A stretch of DNA of 32,726 nt from an uncultured Oscillospiraceae bacterium (GCA_964461745.1 CAYWWF010000001.1:1-32726), one strand, 5' to 3'. Positions 8,340 through 18,211 are shown, counted from the first letter of the stretch. Program-made: numbers and translations. The notes: generated from the sequence alone by a model not told the origin.

Positions 8340-9545
8340 ATGTCCGCTATGAAGATCGCTGAAAACATTTACTGGGTCGGTGTCATCGACTGGGATGTGC
8401 GCAACTTTCACGGTTATCTCACTCCGTACGGCACCACCTACAACGCCTATCTCGTGCTTGACGAAAAAGTCACACTCATTGATACCGTGCGTCGGCCGTT
8501 TGCGCCGGAACTCTTACAGAACATTTCTGAAGTGATTGACCCCGCCCAGATTGACTATTTCATCTGCAATCACGTCGAGCCGGATCACTCGGGATCCATC
8601 CCCGCGTTTTTTGAGGCCTGCCCCGATGCCAAGATTATAGCGACGCAAAATGGCCGCAAGGAGCTCGAGGCCTATTATTTTGACGTAAACCTTTTTGAAA
8701 AACCCGACCGTTGCCAGGTGGTTAAGATGGGCGACACGCTCTGCACGGGGCAGTACACCTTCCAATTTGTCCCGATGCCGATGGTGCACTGGCCCGACAG
8801 CATGGCGACCTATCTGCCCGGACCGAACATCCTGTTTTCGAACGACGCGCTGGGGCAGCACGTCGCCTCGAACGAACGCTTTGACGATGAAATCGGGCGC
8901 GAGCGTCTGATGGAGCGCGCCGGGGACTACTACGCGAACATCGTGCTGCCGTTTGACCGGCCTGTGCAGACGCTGCTCGGTGCTGCGAGCAAATTGGATG
9001 TCAGTCTCGTTGCGCCGAGCCATGGCGTGATGCTTCGTGGCTTCATTGCCGACATCGTCGAGGCTTACGGGCGCTGGGCACGGCACGAGACCGACCCGAA
9101 CCGCGCCGTGGTTATCTATGACTCCATGTGGGGCTCAACACGCGTTCTGGCCGAGCGGCTGGTGGACAAGTACGAGCGCGAGGGCAAAACCGTGGAACTC
9201 CTGAGCCTCAGTGACAACCATGTCTCTACCTGTATGGCGAAGCTTCTGGACGTGGGTACGGTGGCCGTCGGTTGCCCGACCTTAAATCGGCAAGTGTTGC
9301 CGACGATGGCGGCGTTTCTCTCATATCTCAGCGGACTAAACCCGAAAAACCGCAAGGGACAAGCCTTTGGTTCTTACGGCTGGAGCGGGGAGAGCGTCGG
9401 CATGATTGACAGCGCGCTGAAGGCTCTGGGTTGGGACTGCGGAGAGCCCATTCGCTGCCTCTGGCGTCCGCGCGGCGACGAGTCGGGACTACCGACGAGC
9501 CCCGAGGATGAGCGAAAGCTTGCGACCTCTGGGACGATTCGCTAG
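8340..9545 (+). CDS. fprA: FprA-type flavodiiron protein (MBL-fold diiron domain plus flavodoxin-like domain)
   Basis: MSAMKIAENIYWVGVIDWDVRNFHGY..., diiron motif NHVEPDHSG, and a flavodoxin-like C-terminal half (VVIYDSMWGSTRVLAE...). ATG 8340 follows AAGGAG. The track's upstream extension (8208-8339) overlaps the hairpin and has no RBS. Confidence 0.88.
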   Translation: MSAMKIAENIYWVGVIDWDVRNFHGYLTPYGTTYNAYLVLDEKVTLIDTVRRPFAPELLQNISEVIDPAQIDYFICNHVEPDHSGSIPAFFEACPDAKIIATQNGRKELEAYYFDVNLFEKPDRCQVVKMGDTLCTGQYTFQFVPMPMVHWPDSMATYLPGPNILFSNDALGQHVASNERFDDEIGRERLMERAGDYYANIVLPFDRPVQTLLGAASKLDVSLVAPSHGVMLRGFIADIVEAYGRWARHETDPNRAVVIYDSMWGSTRVLAERLVDKYEREGKTVELLSLSDNHVSTCMAKLLDVGTVAVGCPTLNRQVLPTMAAFLSYLSGLNPKNRKGQAFGSYGWSGESVGMIDSALKALGWDCGEPIRCLWRPRGDESGLPTSPEDERKLATSGTIR

Positions 9546-9615
9546 GAAGCGGTTCGCTATGAACCGAGGGTCAGGACAAAGTTTTTTGCAAAAGACTCGA
9601 ATTCCCTAGATTTTC

Positions 9616-9644
9616 TTGACAATCGGAATCAAAACGGCTACACT
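9616..9644 (+). promoter_or_regulatory. sigma-A-type promoter TTGACA-17-TACACT
   Basis: TTGACA 9616-9621, 17-nt spacer, TACACT 9639-9644. It lies about 475 nt upstream of the rny start, with no intervening credible CDS. Confidence 0.55.
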
Positions 9645-9649
9645 ATACG

Positions 9650-9796
9650 GAGAGAGTCGGCCTGTCCGCCTTTTACCTCGAAAACGGGCGTCGGGCCGGG
9701 CTCCCGTCTATGTTTTCTGCCTTATTATGGCCTTGCGTCATTGTGAGGTCTCGCACACCCGCGTCTTTGTTTTTGGCCGCTTGTGCGGCCTTTTCG
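9650..9796 (+). ncRNA. candidate small RNA or structured leader (unassigned family)
   Basis: Begins just downstream of the promoter above. Ends at GGCCGC-TTGT-GCGGCC followed by TTTT (9775-9794). Positions 9655-9667 can also pair over about 13 bp with 9831-9842. I could not recognise a match to RNase P, tmRNA, SRP or T-box motifs. Confidence 0.25.
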
Positions 9797-10118
9797 CCGG
9801 AATTCCGGTGTCTGTCGGCTTGTCGTTTTTGGCAGGCCGACTTCGGTAGCCTCTGAAAACGTCCCGACGCTGCGTCGGCGGACGAAATAGCCATATGTTT
9901 TGATCGAGACTTCAAATACATCTGGAGCGTTTCACCAAGGATTTTTATGGATTCTCTTTGCTTTGGGGGAAAGGTGGATCCATCTTGTATGGGAAAACAA
10001 TCTCCATCTGGTATTTGCGCGTTTTCGCGCTATGGTTATGACGATGGTGCTGCTTTTGGGTGGCTTTGACGGGATTTTCAGCGGTGTGCCTTATTATTAG
10101 GGAGGTGTTTGGTTACCC

Positions 10119-11666
10119 GTGATATGGGACATTTTGATTCCCGTCGTAGCCGCGCTGATAGGTATCGCCGTGGGATTTTTTGTGGGGAATATGTACCGCA
10201 AAAAGTTCGCCGAGAAAGAGATCGGCAGCGCCGAAGAGGAAGCGCGCCGCATCATCAACGATGCCATTAAGAGCAGTGAGGCCAAAAAGAGAGAGGCTTT
10301 GGTCGAAGCCAAGGAAGAAATCTTTCAAAACCGCGCGGCCTATGAAAAAGAGGTCAAAGAGCGTCGCTTGGAACTGAAAAACCAAGAAAAGCGTCTGCAA
10401 CAAAAAGAAGAGTCTTTGGATCGCAAGCATGAAAACATAGAGAAAAAAGAAGAGCAGTTGCAAAAGAAACTCAAAGAGGCCGAAACGGTACGCGAAGAAG
10501 CCAACCGCCTGAAGGCCGGGCAAATGGAAGTTCTCGAGAAAATCGCGAACTTTACGACCGAAGAAGCCAAGGCATATATCATCGCCAATGTTGAAAAAGA
10601 AGTCACACACGAAGCCGCGCTGAAAATCAAGGAGATCGACGCGCGTCTTAAAGAAGAGGCCGACACGCGCGCCAGAGAGTACATTTCCGCCGCGATTCAA
10701 AAGTGCGCCGCCGACCATGTCAGCGAGGCCACGGTCAGCGTGGTGCCGCTGCCCAACGACGAAATGAAGGGCCGCATCATCGGTCGTGAAGGCCGCAACG
10801 TGCGTACCTTGGAGACACTCACGGGCGTCGATTTAATCATCGACGACACACCCGAAGCCATCACGCTGTCATCCTTTGATCCGGTGCGCCGTGAAGTCGC
10901 GCGCATTGCGCTCGAAAAGCTTATCTCCGACGGGCGCATTCACCCGGCGCGCATCGAGGAGATGGTGGAAAAAGCCCGGCGAGAAGTCGATGCGAACATC
11001 AAGGCTGAAGGCGAACGCGCGATCTTTGAAACCGGCGTGCATGGTTTGCACCCGGAACTCATCAAGCTCATCGGGCGTCTGCGTTACCGGACAAGCTACG
11101 GCCAGAACGTCTTGCAGCACTCCATCGAAGTCGCGCACATCGCGGGATCTTTGGCGGCCGAACTCGGCGAGGACATTTCGCGCGCCAAACGCGCGGGTCT
11201 CTTGCACGACATCGGCAAGTCCATCGACCATGAGGTCGAGGGTTCGCACGTGACCATCGGTGTCGACTTGGCGCGCAAGCACAAAGAACAAAACGACATC
11301 GTCCACGCCATCCATGCCCACCACGGCGACGTTGACCCCGAGACTGTCATTGCCTGTCTCGTGCAGGCCTCCGACGCCGTCTCCGCCGCGCGGCCCGGTG
11401 CTCGCCGTGAAAACCTGCAAAACTACATCAAACGTTTGGAGAAGCTCGAGGAGCTCGCTTGCAGCTTTGACGGCGTCGAAAAGAGTTTTGCCATCCAGGC
11501 TGGCCGGGAAATTCGCATCATGGTCAAACCCGACGCCATCAGCGACGACGCGATGATCTTGCTGGCGCATGATTTGGCGCGCAAGATTGAAAACGATCTG
11601 GATTATCCGGGCCAGATTAAGGTGCATGTGGTGCGGGAAACGCGGCACATCGAGTACGCGAAATAA
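10119..11666 (+). CDS. rny: ribonuclease Y
   Basis: N-terminal TM helix ([19 protein letters not shown]), K/E-rich coiled coil, KH domain ([25 protein letters not shown]) and HD domain ([10 protein letters not shown]...LLHDIGK...HHGD). GTG 10119 is the only in-frame start after the TAG at 10098. Confidence 0.97.
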   Translation: MIWDILIPVVAALIGIAVGFFVGNMYRKKFAEKEIGSAEEEARRIINDAIKSSEAKKREALVEAKEEIFQNRAAYEKEVKERRLELKNQEKRLQQKEESLDRKHENIEKKEEQLQKKLKEAETVREEANRLKAGQMEVLEKIANFTTEEAKAYIIANVEKEVTHEAALKIKEIDARLKEEADTRAREYISAAIQKCAADHVSEATVSVVPLPNDEMKGRIIGREGRNVRTLETLTGVDLIIDDTPEAITLSSFDPVRREVARIALEKLISDGRIHPARIEEMVEKARREVDANIKAEGERAIFETGVHGLHPELIKLIGRLRYRTSYGQNVLQHSIEVAHIAGSLAAELGEDISRAKRAGLLHDIGKSIDHEVEGSHVTIGVDLARKHKEQNDIVHAIHAHHGDVDPETVIACLVQASDAVSAARPGARRENLQNYIKRLEKLEELACSFDGVEKSFAIQAGREIRIMVKPDAISDDAMILLAHDLARKIENDLDYPGQIKVHVVRETRHIEYAK

Positions 11667-11677
11667 GTTGGTATTTC

Positions 11678-11720
11678 AAAGGGCTGAGCCACACAAAACC
11701 GTGGCTTAGCCCTTTTGTAA
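11678..11720 (+). terminator. intrinsic terminator of rny
   Basis: AAAGGGCTGAGCCAC (11678-11692) pairs with GTGGCTTAGCCCTTT (11701-11715) and is followed by TGTAAT. Confidence 0.75.
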
Positions 11721-11915
11721 TATCCATTGGTTTTTTGTAGGGGTGGAGCAGAGCCCCGTCCCTACGGCGTTGGACGGGTTGAATCGTTCCAGTAAAAATT
11801 TCTTAAACCCATCTGTTTCCATTGGGAGAGAAAGGGTTTCGTCGAGGCGGATAGAAATACCTGGAAATCACGGTCTATGACTGTGCCAGATTACGAAAAA
11901 CTGTCGCGATAATTC

Positions 11916-11942
11916 TTGCAAAATTGTGCAAAATGTTATAAA
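11916..11942 (+). promoter_or_regulatory. candidate promoter TTGCAA-15-TGt-TATAAA (extended -10)
   Basis: TTGCAA 11916-11921, TGTTATAAA ending at 11942. About 70 nt upstream of the 12015 CDS. Confidence 0.45.
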
Positions 11943-12014
11943 ATAGATACTGGTAAGCTTTCCCTCTGGGGAAAATGACGCGCTTCAAAAAACCCAAATG
12001 ATGGAGGGGAGCCA

Positions 12015-13487
12015 ATGCTGCGCGCCATACACAAAGCGCTGTTTGTGCTGTTCCCGTTAGTGTTTGTTCTTCTGGGTGGCGGTCTATATGTTTGGGAGGC
12101 CGCGGTGATCGCCGGGCTGTTTGCTGTACTCTTGTGTGGGCGGGCGCTTCAAGTGAGCCGTCGGCAACTGATTGCGTTGGGGCTTGCTGCCCTGGGTTTT
12201 GTACTTTCCGAACTGCTGGGCGCGGGTCATGGCGCGCAAGTGGCGCTTGTGTTTTTCCTCTGTTTGTTCCTGCCCTTACTGCTTTCTGAGGCTGGGGACA
12301 AAGAAGACTTGCTTATTGGGCTGTTTTTGGCCAGTACACTCGCCACCATCCTCGGCTTGCTCGCCTATGGTAAGCTTCTTCCGGTGGCCGAGTGGGCCGG
12401 TGTGGTTGACGGGTCTTACCGTTTGCAATCCGTTTTTGGTTATGCCAATGTAGCGGCAGTGTTTTGTGGTCTTGGCGTATTGCTGGGATTGTACTTCGGC
12501 TTGAAAGAAAAGAGTCGGAGACGTGTTTTGTATCTAGTGGGCTTGGGAATAAACGCGCTTTCTTTGGTTTTAACCTTTTCCCGTTTGGGGCTTTTTTGCG
12601 TAGCTTTGGGGCTTCTTGTAGCCCTGATGTTGCAGTACAAAGCCGTGCGGCGGGTTGTCTATTGTGCGCTGCCGCTTTTGCTCATCGCGGTGGTGGTGTT
12701 GTTTTTGACCGGCAAAGCCGAGTCATTTTTAGGGACAAGCCTTGTCTCTCGGATCATCTATTGGACGGACGGCGCGGGGGTGGCACTTAAACACCCGTTT
12801 GGCATCGGTGTGAACGGTTGGGAAGATATGCAATATGCGGTGCAGACCGCGCGCTACGCCGTGCGGTACGTCCACAACGGCTACCTGCAAATACTGCTCG
12901 ACGGCGGCGTACTCGCGCTGGGTGGGTTCCTCTTGCTGGTCTTCGGGAATGTCCGCAATCTTGCGCGCCGATGGAAAGAGACGCGTAGTCCGTTGTATGC
13001 GTATCTGTTGGGTGCGTTAACACTGACACTTACCCACGGTTTTGTGGATATCGATTTTTCTTTTTCGGCCCTGATGCTGACCTTGGGGCTACTATTATCG
13101 TTTGGAAACAGAGGAGGGATACAGGTTCCTAAATACTTGCCCGCGGTGGTGCTGGCGCTTGGTCTTTACGCCGGGATCGGCGAACAAAACCGGACGCCAA
13201 GGCCCAATTCCGTGGAAGGGTTGTCGGCTCAATGCACTGTAGCGTATCGGGATAAAGATTATGAGACGTTGTACGCGCTGACAAAAGAACTGCTTGACCG
13301 CGCGCCGCGCCAGCAAATGGTCTATGACTTGCACACCGCCTGTCTGCGCGCATTGGATCGCTTAGACGAAGTCCCCGCCGTGTTTGCGCGCGTGGATGCG
13401 ATCAACAGCACGATGCATCCACTGTGCAAGTACCTACCGCCCGGGGAGACAACCATTGAAAAGAAAATAGAACAGTTTGACAAATGA
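12015..13487 (+). CDS. O-antigen ligase family (Wzy_C-type) polytopic membrane protein with soluble C-terminal helical domain
   Basis: About 10 or more hydrophobic helices. The characteristic loop and helix (...TFSRLGLF..., WEDMQYAVQTARYAVRYVHNGYLQILLDGGVLALGGFLLLVF) resemble the Wzy_C/O-antigen ligase signature H-N-x-YLq-lL-e-GG. GGAGGGGAG RBS before ATG 12015. Confidence 0.75.
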   Translation: MLRAIHKALFVLFPLVFVLLGGGLYVWEAAVIAGLFAVLLCGRALQVSRRQLIALGLAALGFVLSELLGAGHGAQVALVFFLCLFLPLLLSEAGDKEDLLIGLFLASTLATILGLLAYGKLLPVAEWAGVVDGSYRLQSVFGYANVAAVFCGLGVLLGLYFGLKEKSRRRVLYLVGLGINALSLVLTFSRLGLFCVALGLLVALMLQYKAVRRVVYCALPLLLIAVVVLFLTGKAESFLGTSLVSRIIYWTDGAGVALKHPFGIGVNGWEDMQYAVQTARYAVRYVHNGYLQILLDGGVLALGGFLLLVFGNVRNLARRWKETRSPLYAYLLGALTLTLTHGFVDIDFSFSALMLTLGLLLSFGNRGGIQVPKYLPAVVLALGLYAGIGEQNRTPRPNSVEGLSAQCTVAYRDKDYETLYALTKELLDRAPRQQMVYDLHTACLRALDRLDEVPAVFARVDAINSTMHPLCKYLPPGETTIEKKIEQFDK

Positions 13488-13525
13488 TATGCCGAATGGG
13501 GCAGAGCATTACTTTGTGTTTCTTC

Positions 13526-13542
13526 TCCCGCCGCAGGCGGGA
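13526..13542. repeat. GC-rich hairpin tcccgcc-gca-ggcggga
   Basis: Same CCCGCC-GCA-GGCGGG design as 27293-27318. Intergenic, between the Wzy_C gene and the LRR gene. Confidence 0.5.
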
Positions 13543-13577
13543 AAGAAACGGAAAAAGCAAAAATGGAGGCATACATC

Positions 13578-16500
13578 ATGAAGAACATCAAAAGAAGAAC
13601 CATCAGCTTGTGCCTGGCACTCACCTTTGTGCTGAGTTTGTTCCTCGGCGCGTTGCCAACGGGCGCGTTGGCGGCGGGGGACAGCAGTGGCCAGTGCGGC
13701 GACAATCTCACCTGGACACTGGATGAGGACGGGACGCTGGAAATCAGCGGCACGGGGGATATGTGGGACTATGGCTTTGGCACCACCAGTCCTTGGGGCA
13801 ACAGCATAAAAACGGTTATTCTTGACAAGGACGTTACAAGCATCGGAAACCGCGCGTTTTGGTTTTGCCCAAGCCTCCGCGGCGTCACGCTCCCTGCCGG
13901 TTTGACTCGTATTGGAAACCAGGCGTTTTCTAACTGCTTTCAGCTTAAAAGCATTGGGATACCCGACAGCGTGACGGAAGTCGGGTCTTCGGCGTTTGCC
14001 TACTGTAACGGCCTGGAAAGCGTTACAATTCCCGTGGGGGTGGCGAGCATCGGGCTGGGCGCGTTTTCGGGATGCTGGAATCTCACCAAGATTGACGTGG
14101 ACGCAGACAATGCAAATTACAAAAGTATAGATGGCGTTTTGTTTAGCCTTGATGGTTCTACGCTGATTCAGTGCCCTGGCGGTAAAGAGGGTAATTATGT
14201 GATTCCCCCCGCCGTGGCGAGCGTTGGAGTAAGTGCGTTTGCATACTGTGACGTACTCGAAAGTATTGTTGTTCATGCCGGGGTAACGGATATCGGACGG
14301 AGCGCGTTTGCGAGCTGCGAGGACTTGGGCCATATTGACGTGGACGCAAACAATCCAAACTACAAAGACATAGACGGTGTTTTGTTCAGCAAGGACGGCA
14401 CTACGTTAATTCAGTATCCCGGTGGCAAAGCGGGCGATTACACAATCCCTGCTGGGGTGGAGAAAATTGGATATAATGCCTTTTTCCGCTGCAAGATGCT
14501 TGGGGACATACGTATTCCCGACAGCGTGATCAGCATCGATTATTGGGCGTTTTTGGGTTCGAATCTAGTTGAGAATCAGCACGACGGTGTCGTCTACATA
14601 GACGGTTGGGCCTTAGATTATGAGGGAGCCATGCCAGAGGGTACAACGCTTGTCCTCAAGGAGGGCACCCGTGGCATTGCTAATTCCGCATTTGTCGGGG
14701 AGATGGAACTTGTCGACGTCGTGATTCCTGATAGCGTGAAGCATATCGGCGGCGGGGCTTTCAGCAACTGCGCAGCGTTGGAAAAAATTACGTTCCCAAC
14801 TGAATTGGTGAGCATCGGCGACTACGCGTTTCAGGGTTGCGGGTTTGAGACGGTAATCATTCCGGCCGATGTCACCAGCATCGGTGACTATGCGTTTAGC
14901 AACTGTGAGCGCTTGACGCGGGCACTGTTTCAGGGTGACGCGCCGACTTCGTTCGGGTCATTCGTATTTTTTGGGGTTGAGCCCGGTTTTGCGATTTACT
15001 ACGATCCGGACACCTTCGGCTGGAGTACGCCGCGCTGGAACGATTACCTTGCGCTGTCCAACACGGCAGAGGGCATTCGGGGACAGTGCGGTGACGACCT
15101 CACCTGGACGATGAATCTGCTTACCGGCACGCTGGAGATTAGTGGAACGGGGGACATGTGGGACTTCTATTTTAATCCTGTGCCGTGGAGCGACGTCAAA
15201 AGGAATATCCTGACCGTCTCCGTCCTCGAGGGCGTGACCAGAATCGGAAACGCCGCGTTTGACAATTGTGGGAACCTCAAGAATGTTCACTTCCCTGAGA
15301 GTCTGCAAAGCATCGGCGAGTTTGCTTTCAGCTATTGCGGTTTGAAGCGGGTTGTGATTCCCGCCGGGGTGACGGAAATAGAACGATGCGCGTTTGTAGG
15401 TTGCATGGATATGGCCGACATTGCCGTTGATAAAGACAATTCAAATTATATAAGCATAGATGGTGTTTTGTTCAGCTCGGATGGAACGACACTGGTTCAG
15501 TGCCCAGGTGGCAAAGAGGGTGTGTACGCTGTCCCCGAAGACGTGGAGTACATCGGGGAACAGGCGTTTGGGAACTGCTGGAAACTTACTGATGTTACCT
15601 TGCCGGACAGATTGGAGGCCATCGGCGATTACGCTTTCAGCGGTAACGACGGGTTGGAAAGACTCTTCATCCCCGCCCAGGTGACGGACATTAAACGAGG
15701 CGCACTTTCTAATTGCAAGAGATTAATCTGTATTGACGTGCACGAAGATAACCCGAGTTTCGCAAGCCGCGACGGCGCTTTGTATGACAAAGGCTTTACC
15801 ACGCTGATCCAGTGCCCCGGCGGCAAGTTGGGGATCCTTGAAATTCCGGAAGGCGTGACAAGCATTGGGGACAATGCATGTGAGGGGTGCCGGGAACTCA
15901 GCGGTGTCAAGCTCCCAGAAAGCCTTCTTTCCATTGGGGACGGGGCGTTTATCATCTGCAAAGAGCTTAAGGATGTTGCGATCCCTGCAGAGGTCACGAG
16001 CATAGGACAGAACGCGTTTGGCTTTTGTTGGAGTCTGACCGACATTATCGTGGCTGACGAAAACAAGTACTACGCGAGCGAAAACGGTATGCTGTTTGAT
16101 AAGGATAAAACCACGCTGCTGTTGTGCCCTGCGGGCCAATCGGGCCAAGTGGAGATCCCGGAAGATGTGTCCAGCATTGAGGAAAACGCCTTCGGATATT
16201 GCCACAAAATCACCGGTGTTACGCTTCCCAATAGCCTGACCCACATCGGGGCTTGGGCGTTTGACGCTTGCGACGGGTTGCTCAGCATACGCATCCCTGC
16301 CGGCGTTACGGAAATTGGACGCGGCGCGTTTTCCTATTGCCTGGGTATGATAAGCATAGACGTGGACAAGGACAACCTCGTGTATTCCAGCGAGGAAGGC
16401 GTCTTGTTCAACAAAGACGGCACGATGTTGATTGCGTGCCCCGGCAGAAAAACGGGCAAGTATGCCATCCCAGAAGGCGTAGTCAGCATTGAGGATCTGG

Positions 16501-18086
16501 CGTTTTTTGGGTGTCTGGAACTGACGGGCATTACCATCCCAAACAGTGTAAAGCGGGTTGGCATGGGGGTGTTTTCGAACACTAGCGCGTATCGGAATCA
16601 GTCCAACGGCGTCGTCTACATAGACGGATGGGCGTTAGGGTACCAAGGGGTTATGCAAAACAAAACAACGATCGTCCTGCGCGACGGCACCCGTGGCATC
16701 GCCGACTACGCATTTGAAAGGGACTACAGACTTGTCGATGTCGTGATCCCCACCGGGGTAAAGTATATAGGCGAAGGCGCATTTTATTCTACCAATCTTA
16801 CAAATCTTGTCCTTCCCAACGGCGTGGAGAGCATTGGAAGGGAAGCGTTTTCCGATTGCGCTGCTTTGAAAAGCGTCGACATCCCGGCCAGTGTGGCGAG
16901 CATCGGCGACTGGGCGTTCTACAATTGCACCGCCTTGGGACGTGTCAACATTCCGGTCGGTGTGGCAAGCATCGGCGAATGGGCGTTCTTCAAATGCACT
17001 GCTTTGGAGCGAGTTGACATACCGGTTGGCGCGAAGAGCATCGGCGAAGGTGCGTTTTATGGCTGCACTGCGTTGGAACGTGTCACCATTCCGGCCAGTG
17101 TGACAAGCATCGGCCCCGACACCTTTGAGAACTGCTCCAACCTCACCATCCACTGCTACGCGAACAGCTTCGCTGAGCGCTACGCGAAAGACAACGACAT
17201 CTGCTATACGCTGATCCCCGAGACCGTAACCTACACGATTACCGTTTCCGCCACAAATGGCACCATCACGCCCAGCAAAACGAGCGCCAAAGCTGGGGAA
17301 ATCATCACGTTGACTGTGACGCCTTCGCAAGGTTATGAACTCGTCGCAGGGAGTCTCAAGATGAACGGAACTGAGATAGCGAACAATCGCTTCACCATGC
17401 CCGCCATGAACGTCACCGTCACGGCCAGCTTTAAGAAGGCGGGTGGCGAAACTCCCCCACCCCCGCCCCCCACCACCCCCCCCGGCGACGACACCGTCAT
17501 CACCCCGCCCAACATCCCGCTCGGCGGCCTGGATGACGTGGAACTGACCTTTACCGACGTCAAAGAGGGCGATTGGTTCTACAAACCCGTGCGCTACGTC
17601 TTCTGGAAAGGTCTGTTTGGCGGCACGAGCGAGACTCGCTTCAGCCCGAACACCCCGATGACCCGCGCTATGTTTGCCAAAGTGCTCGCAAACCTCGCCG
17701 GTGTTGATCTCAAGACGTACACGACGTCTCCGTTTGCCGATGTGGACATTAAAGCCTGGTATGGGCCGGAGGTGGCCTGGGCCGCCGACAAGGGGCTTGT
17801 CACCGGCGTGGGCGACGGCAAATTCGCGCCGAACAGAGCCATCACACGTGAAGAAATGGCCGTGTTCCTGTACCGCTACATTAAGTTCCGGGGCTATGAC
17901 ATGGAAGAAAAGAGCGTCACGCCGTTTGCGGACATGAATCAGGTCAGCCCTTGGGCGAAAACCGAGGTGACCGCCGTGCAAAAGTGGGGCCTCCTCTCCG
18001 GCGTGGGTGACAACCTGTTTGCCCCGAAACGTACCGCGAGCCGTGCGCAAGTTGCGCAGATTTTCTACAATTTGTTGGCCGGTTAA
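13578..18086 (+). CDS. giant cell-surface leucine-rich-repeat (BspA/LRR_5-like) protein with beta-sandwich repeat, Pro-rich linker and three C-terminal SLH domains
   Basis: Signal peptide MKNIKRRTISLCLALTFVLSLFLGALPTGALA (ATG 13578, GGAGG 8 nt upstream). It has dozens of ~23-aa IPxxVxxIGxxAFxxCxxL repeats. Two modules each open with GQCGD(N/D)LTWT...GTLEISGTGDMWD. It also has a TYTITVSATNGTITPS...VTVTASF domain, a PPPPPPTTPPGDD linker and 3 SLH repeats (FTDVKEGDWFY..., FADVDIKAWYG..., FADMNQVSPWA...). Confidence 0.9.
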   Translation: MKNIKRRTISLCLALTFVLSLFLGALPTGALAAGDSSGQCGDNLTWTLDEDGTLEISGTGDMWDYGFGTTSPWGNSIKTVILDKDVTSIGNRAFWFCPSLRGVTLPAGLTRIGNQAFSNCFQLKSIGIPDSVTEVGSSAFAYCNGLESVTIPVGVASIGLGAFSGCWNLTKIDVDADNANYKSIDGVLFSLDGSTLIQCPGGKEGNYVIPPAVASVGVSAFAYCDVLESIVVHAGVTDIGRSAFASCEDLGHIDVDANNPNYKDIDGVLFSKDGTTLIQYPGGKAGDYTIPAGVEKIGYNAFFRCKMLGDIRIPDSVISIDYWAFLGSNLVENQHDGVVYIDGWALDYEGAMPEGTTLVLKEGTRGIANSAFVGEMELVDVVIPDSVKHIGGGAFSNCAALEKITFPTELVSIGDYAFQGCGFETVIIPADVTSIGDYAFSNCERLTRALFQGDAPTSFGSFVFFGVEPGFAIYYDPDTFGWSTPRWNDYLALSNTAEGIRGQCGDDLTWTMNLLTGTLEISGTGDMWDFYFNPVPWSDVKRNILTVSVLEGVTRIGNAAFDNCGNLKNVHFPESLQSIGEFAFSYCGLKRVVIPAGVTEIERCAFVGCMDMADIAVDKDNSNYISIDGVLFSSDGTTLVQCPGGKEGVYAVPEDVEYIGEQAFGNCWKLTDVTLPDRLEAIGDYAFSGNDGLERLFIPAQVTDIKRGALSNCKRLICIDVHEDNPSFASRDGALYDKGFTTLIQCPGGKLGILEIPEGVTSIGDNACEGCRELSGVKLPESLLSIGDGAFIICKELKDVAIPAEVTSIGQNAFGFCWSLTDIIVADENKYYASENGMLFDKDKTTLLLCPAGQSGQVEIPEDVSSIEENAFGYCHKITGVTLPNSLTHIGAWAFDACDGLLSIRIPAGVTEIGRGAFSYCLGMISIDVDKDNLVYSSEEGVLFNKDGTMLIACPGRKTGKYAIPEGVVSIEDLAFFGCLELTGITIPNSVKRVGMGVFSNTSAYRNQSNGVVYIDGWALGYQGVMQNKTTIVLRDGTRGIADYAFERDYRLVDVVIPTGVKYIGEGAFYSTNLTNLVLPNGVESIGREAFSDCAALKSVDIPASVASIGDWAFYNCTALGRVNIPVGVASIGEWAFFKCTALERVDIPVGAKSIGEGAFYGCTALERVTIPASVTSIGPDTFENCSNLTIHCYANSFAERYAKDNDICYTLIPETVTYTITVSATNGTITPSKTSAKAGEIITLTVTPSQGYELVAGSLKMNGTEIANNRFTMPAMNVTVTASFKKAGGETPPPPPPTTPPGDDTVITPPNIPLGGLDDVELTFTDVKEGDWFYKPVRYVFWKGLFGGTSETRFSPNTPMTRAMFAKVLANLAGVDLKTYTTSPFADVDIKAWYGPEVAWAADKGLVTGVGDGKFAPNRAITREEMAVFLYRYIKFRGYDMEEKSVTPFADMNQVSPWAKTEVTAVQKWGLLSGVGDNLFAPKRTASRAQVAQIFYNLLAG

Positions 18087-18092
18087 AAACGT

Positions 18093-18127
18093 GTCTGTCC
18101 CCCCCGCCGAAGGCGGGGGGGACAGAC
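18093..18127 (+). repeat. GC-rich hairpin gtctgt-C7-GCC-GAA-GGC-G7-acagac (terminator position, no U-tract)
   Basis: Perfect 16-bp stem immediately after the LRR/SLH gene. The 23-nt core 18099-18121 is identical to 30181-30203. Confidence 0.7.
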
Positions 18128-18211
18128 CAACCTTGAAACTCACCGTGTAATGCGGTGCCTGTTGGGTAAAATAGTTTGAGCAACGCCGCCGAAAGCGAAA
18201 GTCATGGGTTA

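Noticed and set aside
9650-9845. Assignment of the rny-upstream structured region to 6S RNA, SRP RNA, tmRNA or RNase P
   Set aside because: The size and closing stem fit 6S, but I could not hand-fold a continuous rod with a central bubble. The conserved motifs I recall for SRP (GGAAGCAGCC-like), RNase P (GAGGAAAGTCC) and tmRNA (tag ORF, CCACCA end) are absent. It is left unassigned.
9900-10100. 66-aa ORF (TTG start) and an overlapping 46-aa ATG ORF (9947..10087) in the rny upstream region
   Set aside because: The RBS is weak or absent. Codon third positions are mostly T, unlike the genes in this window. No motif was recognised. The region is treated as non-coding leader.
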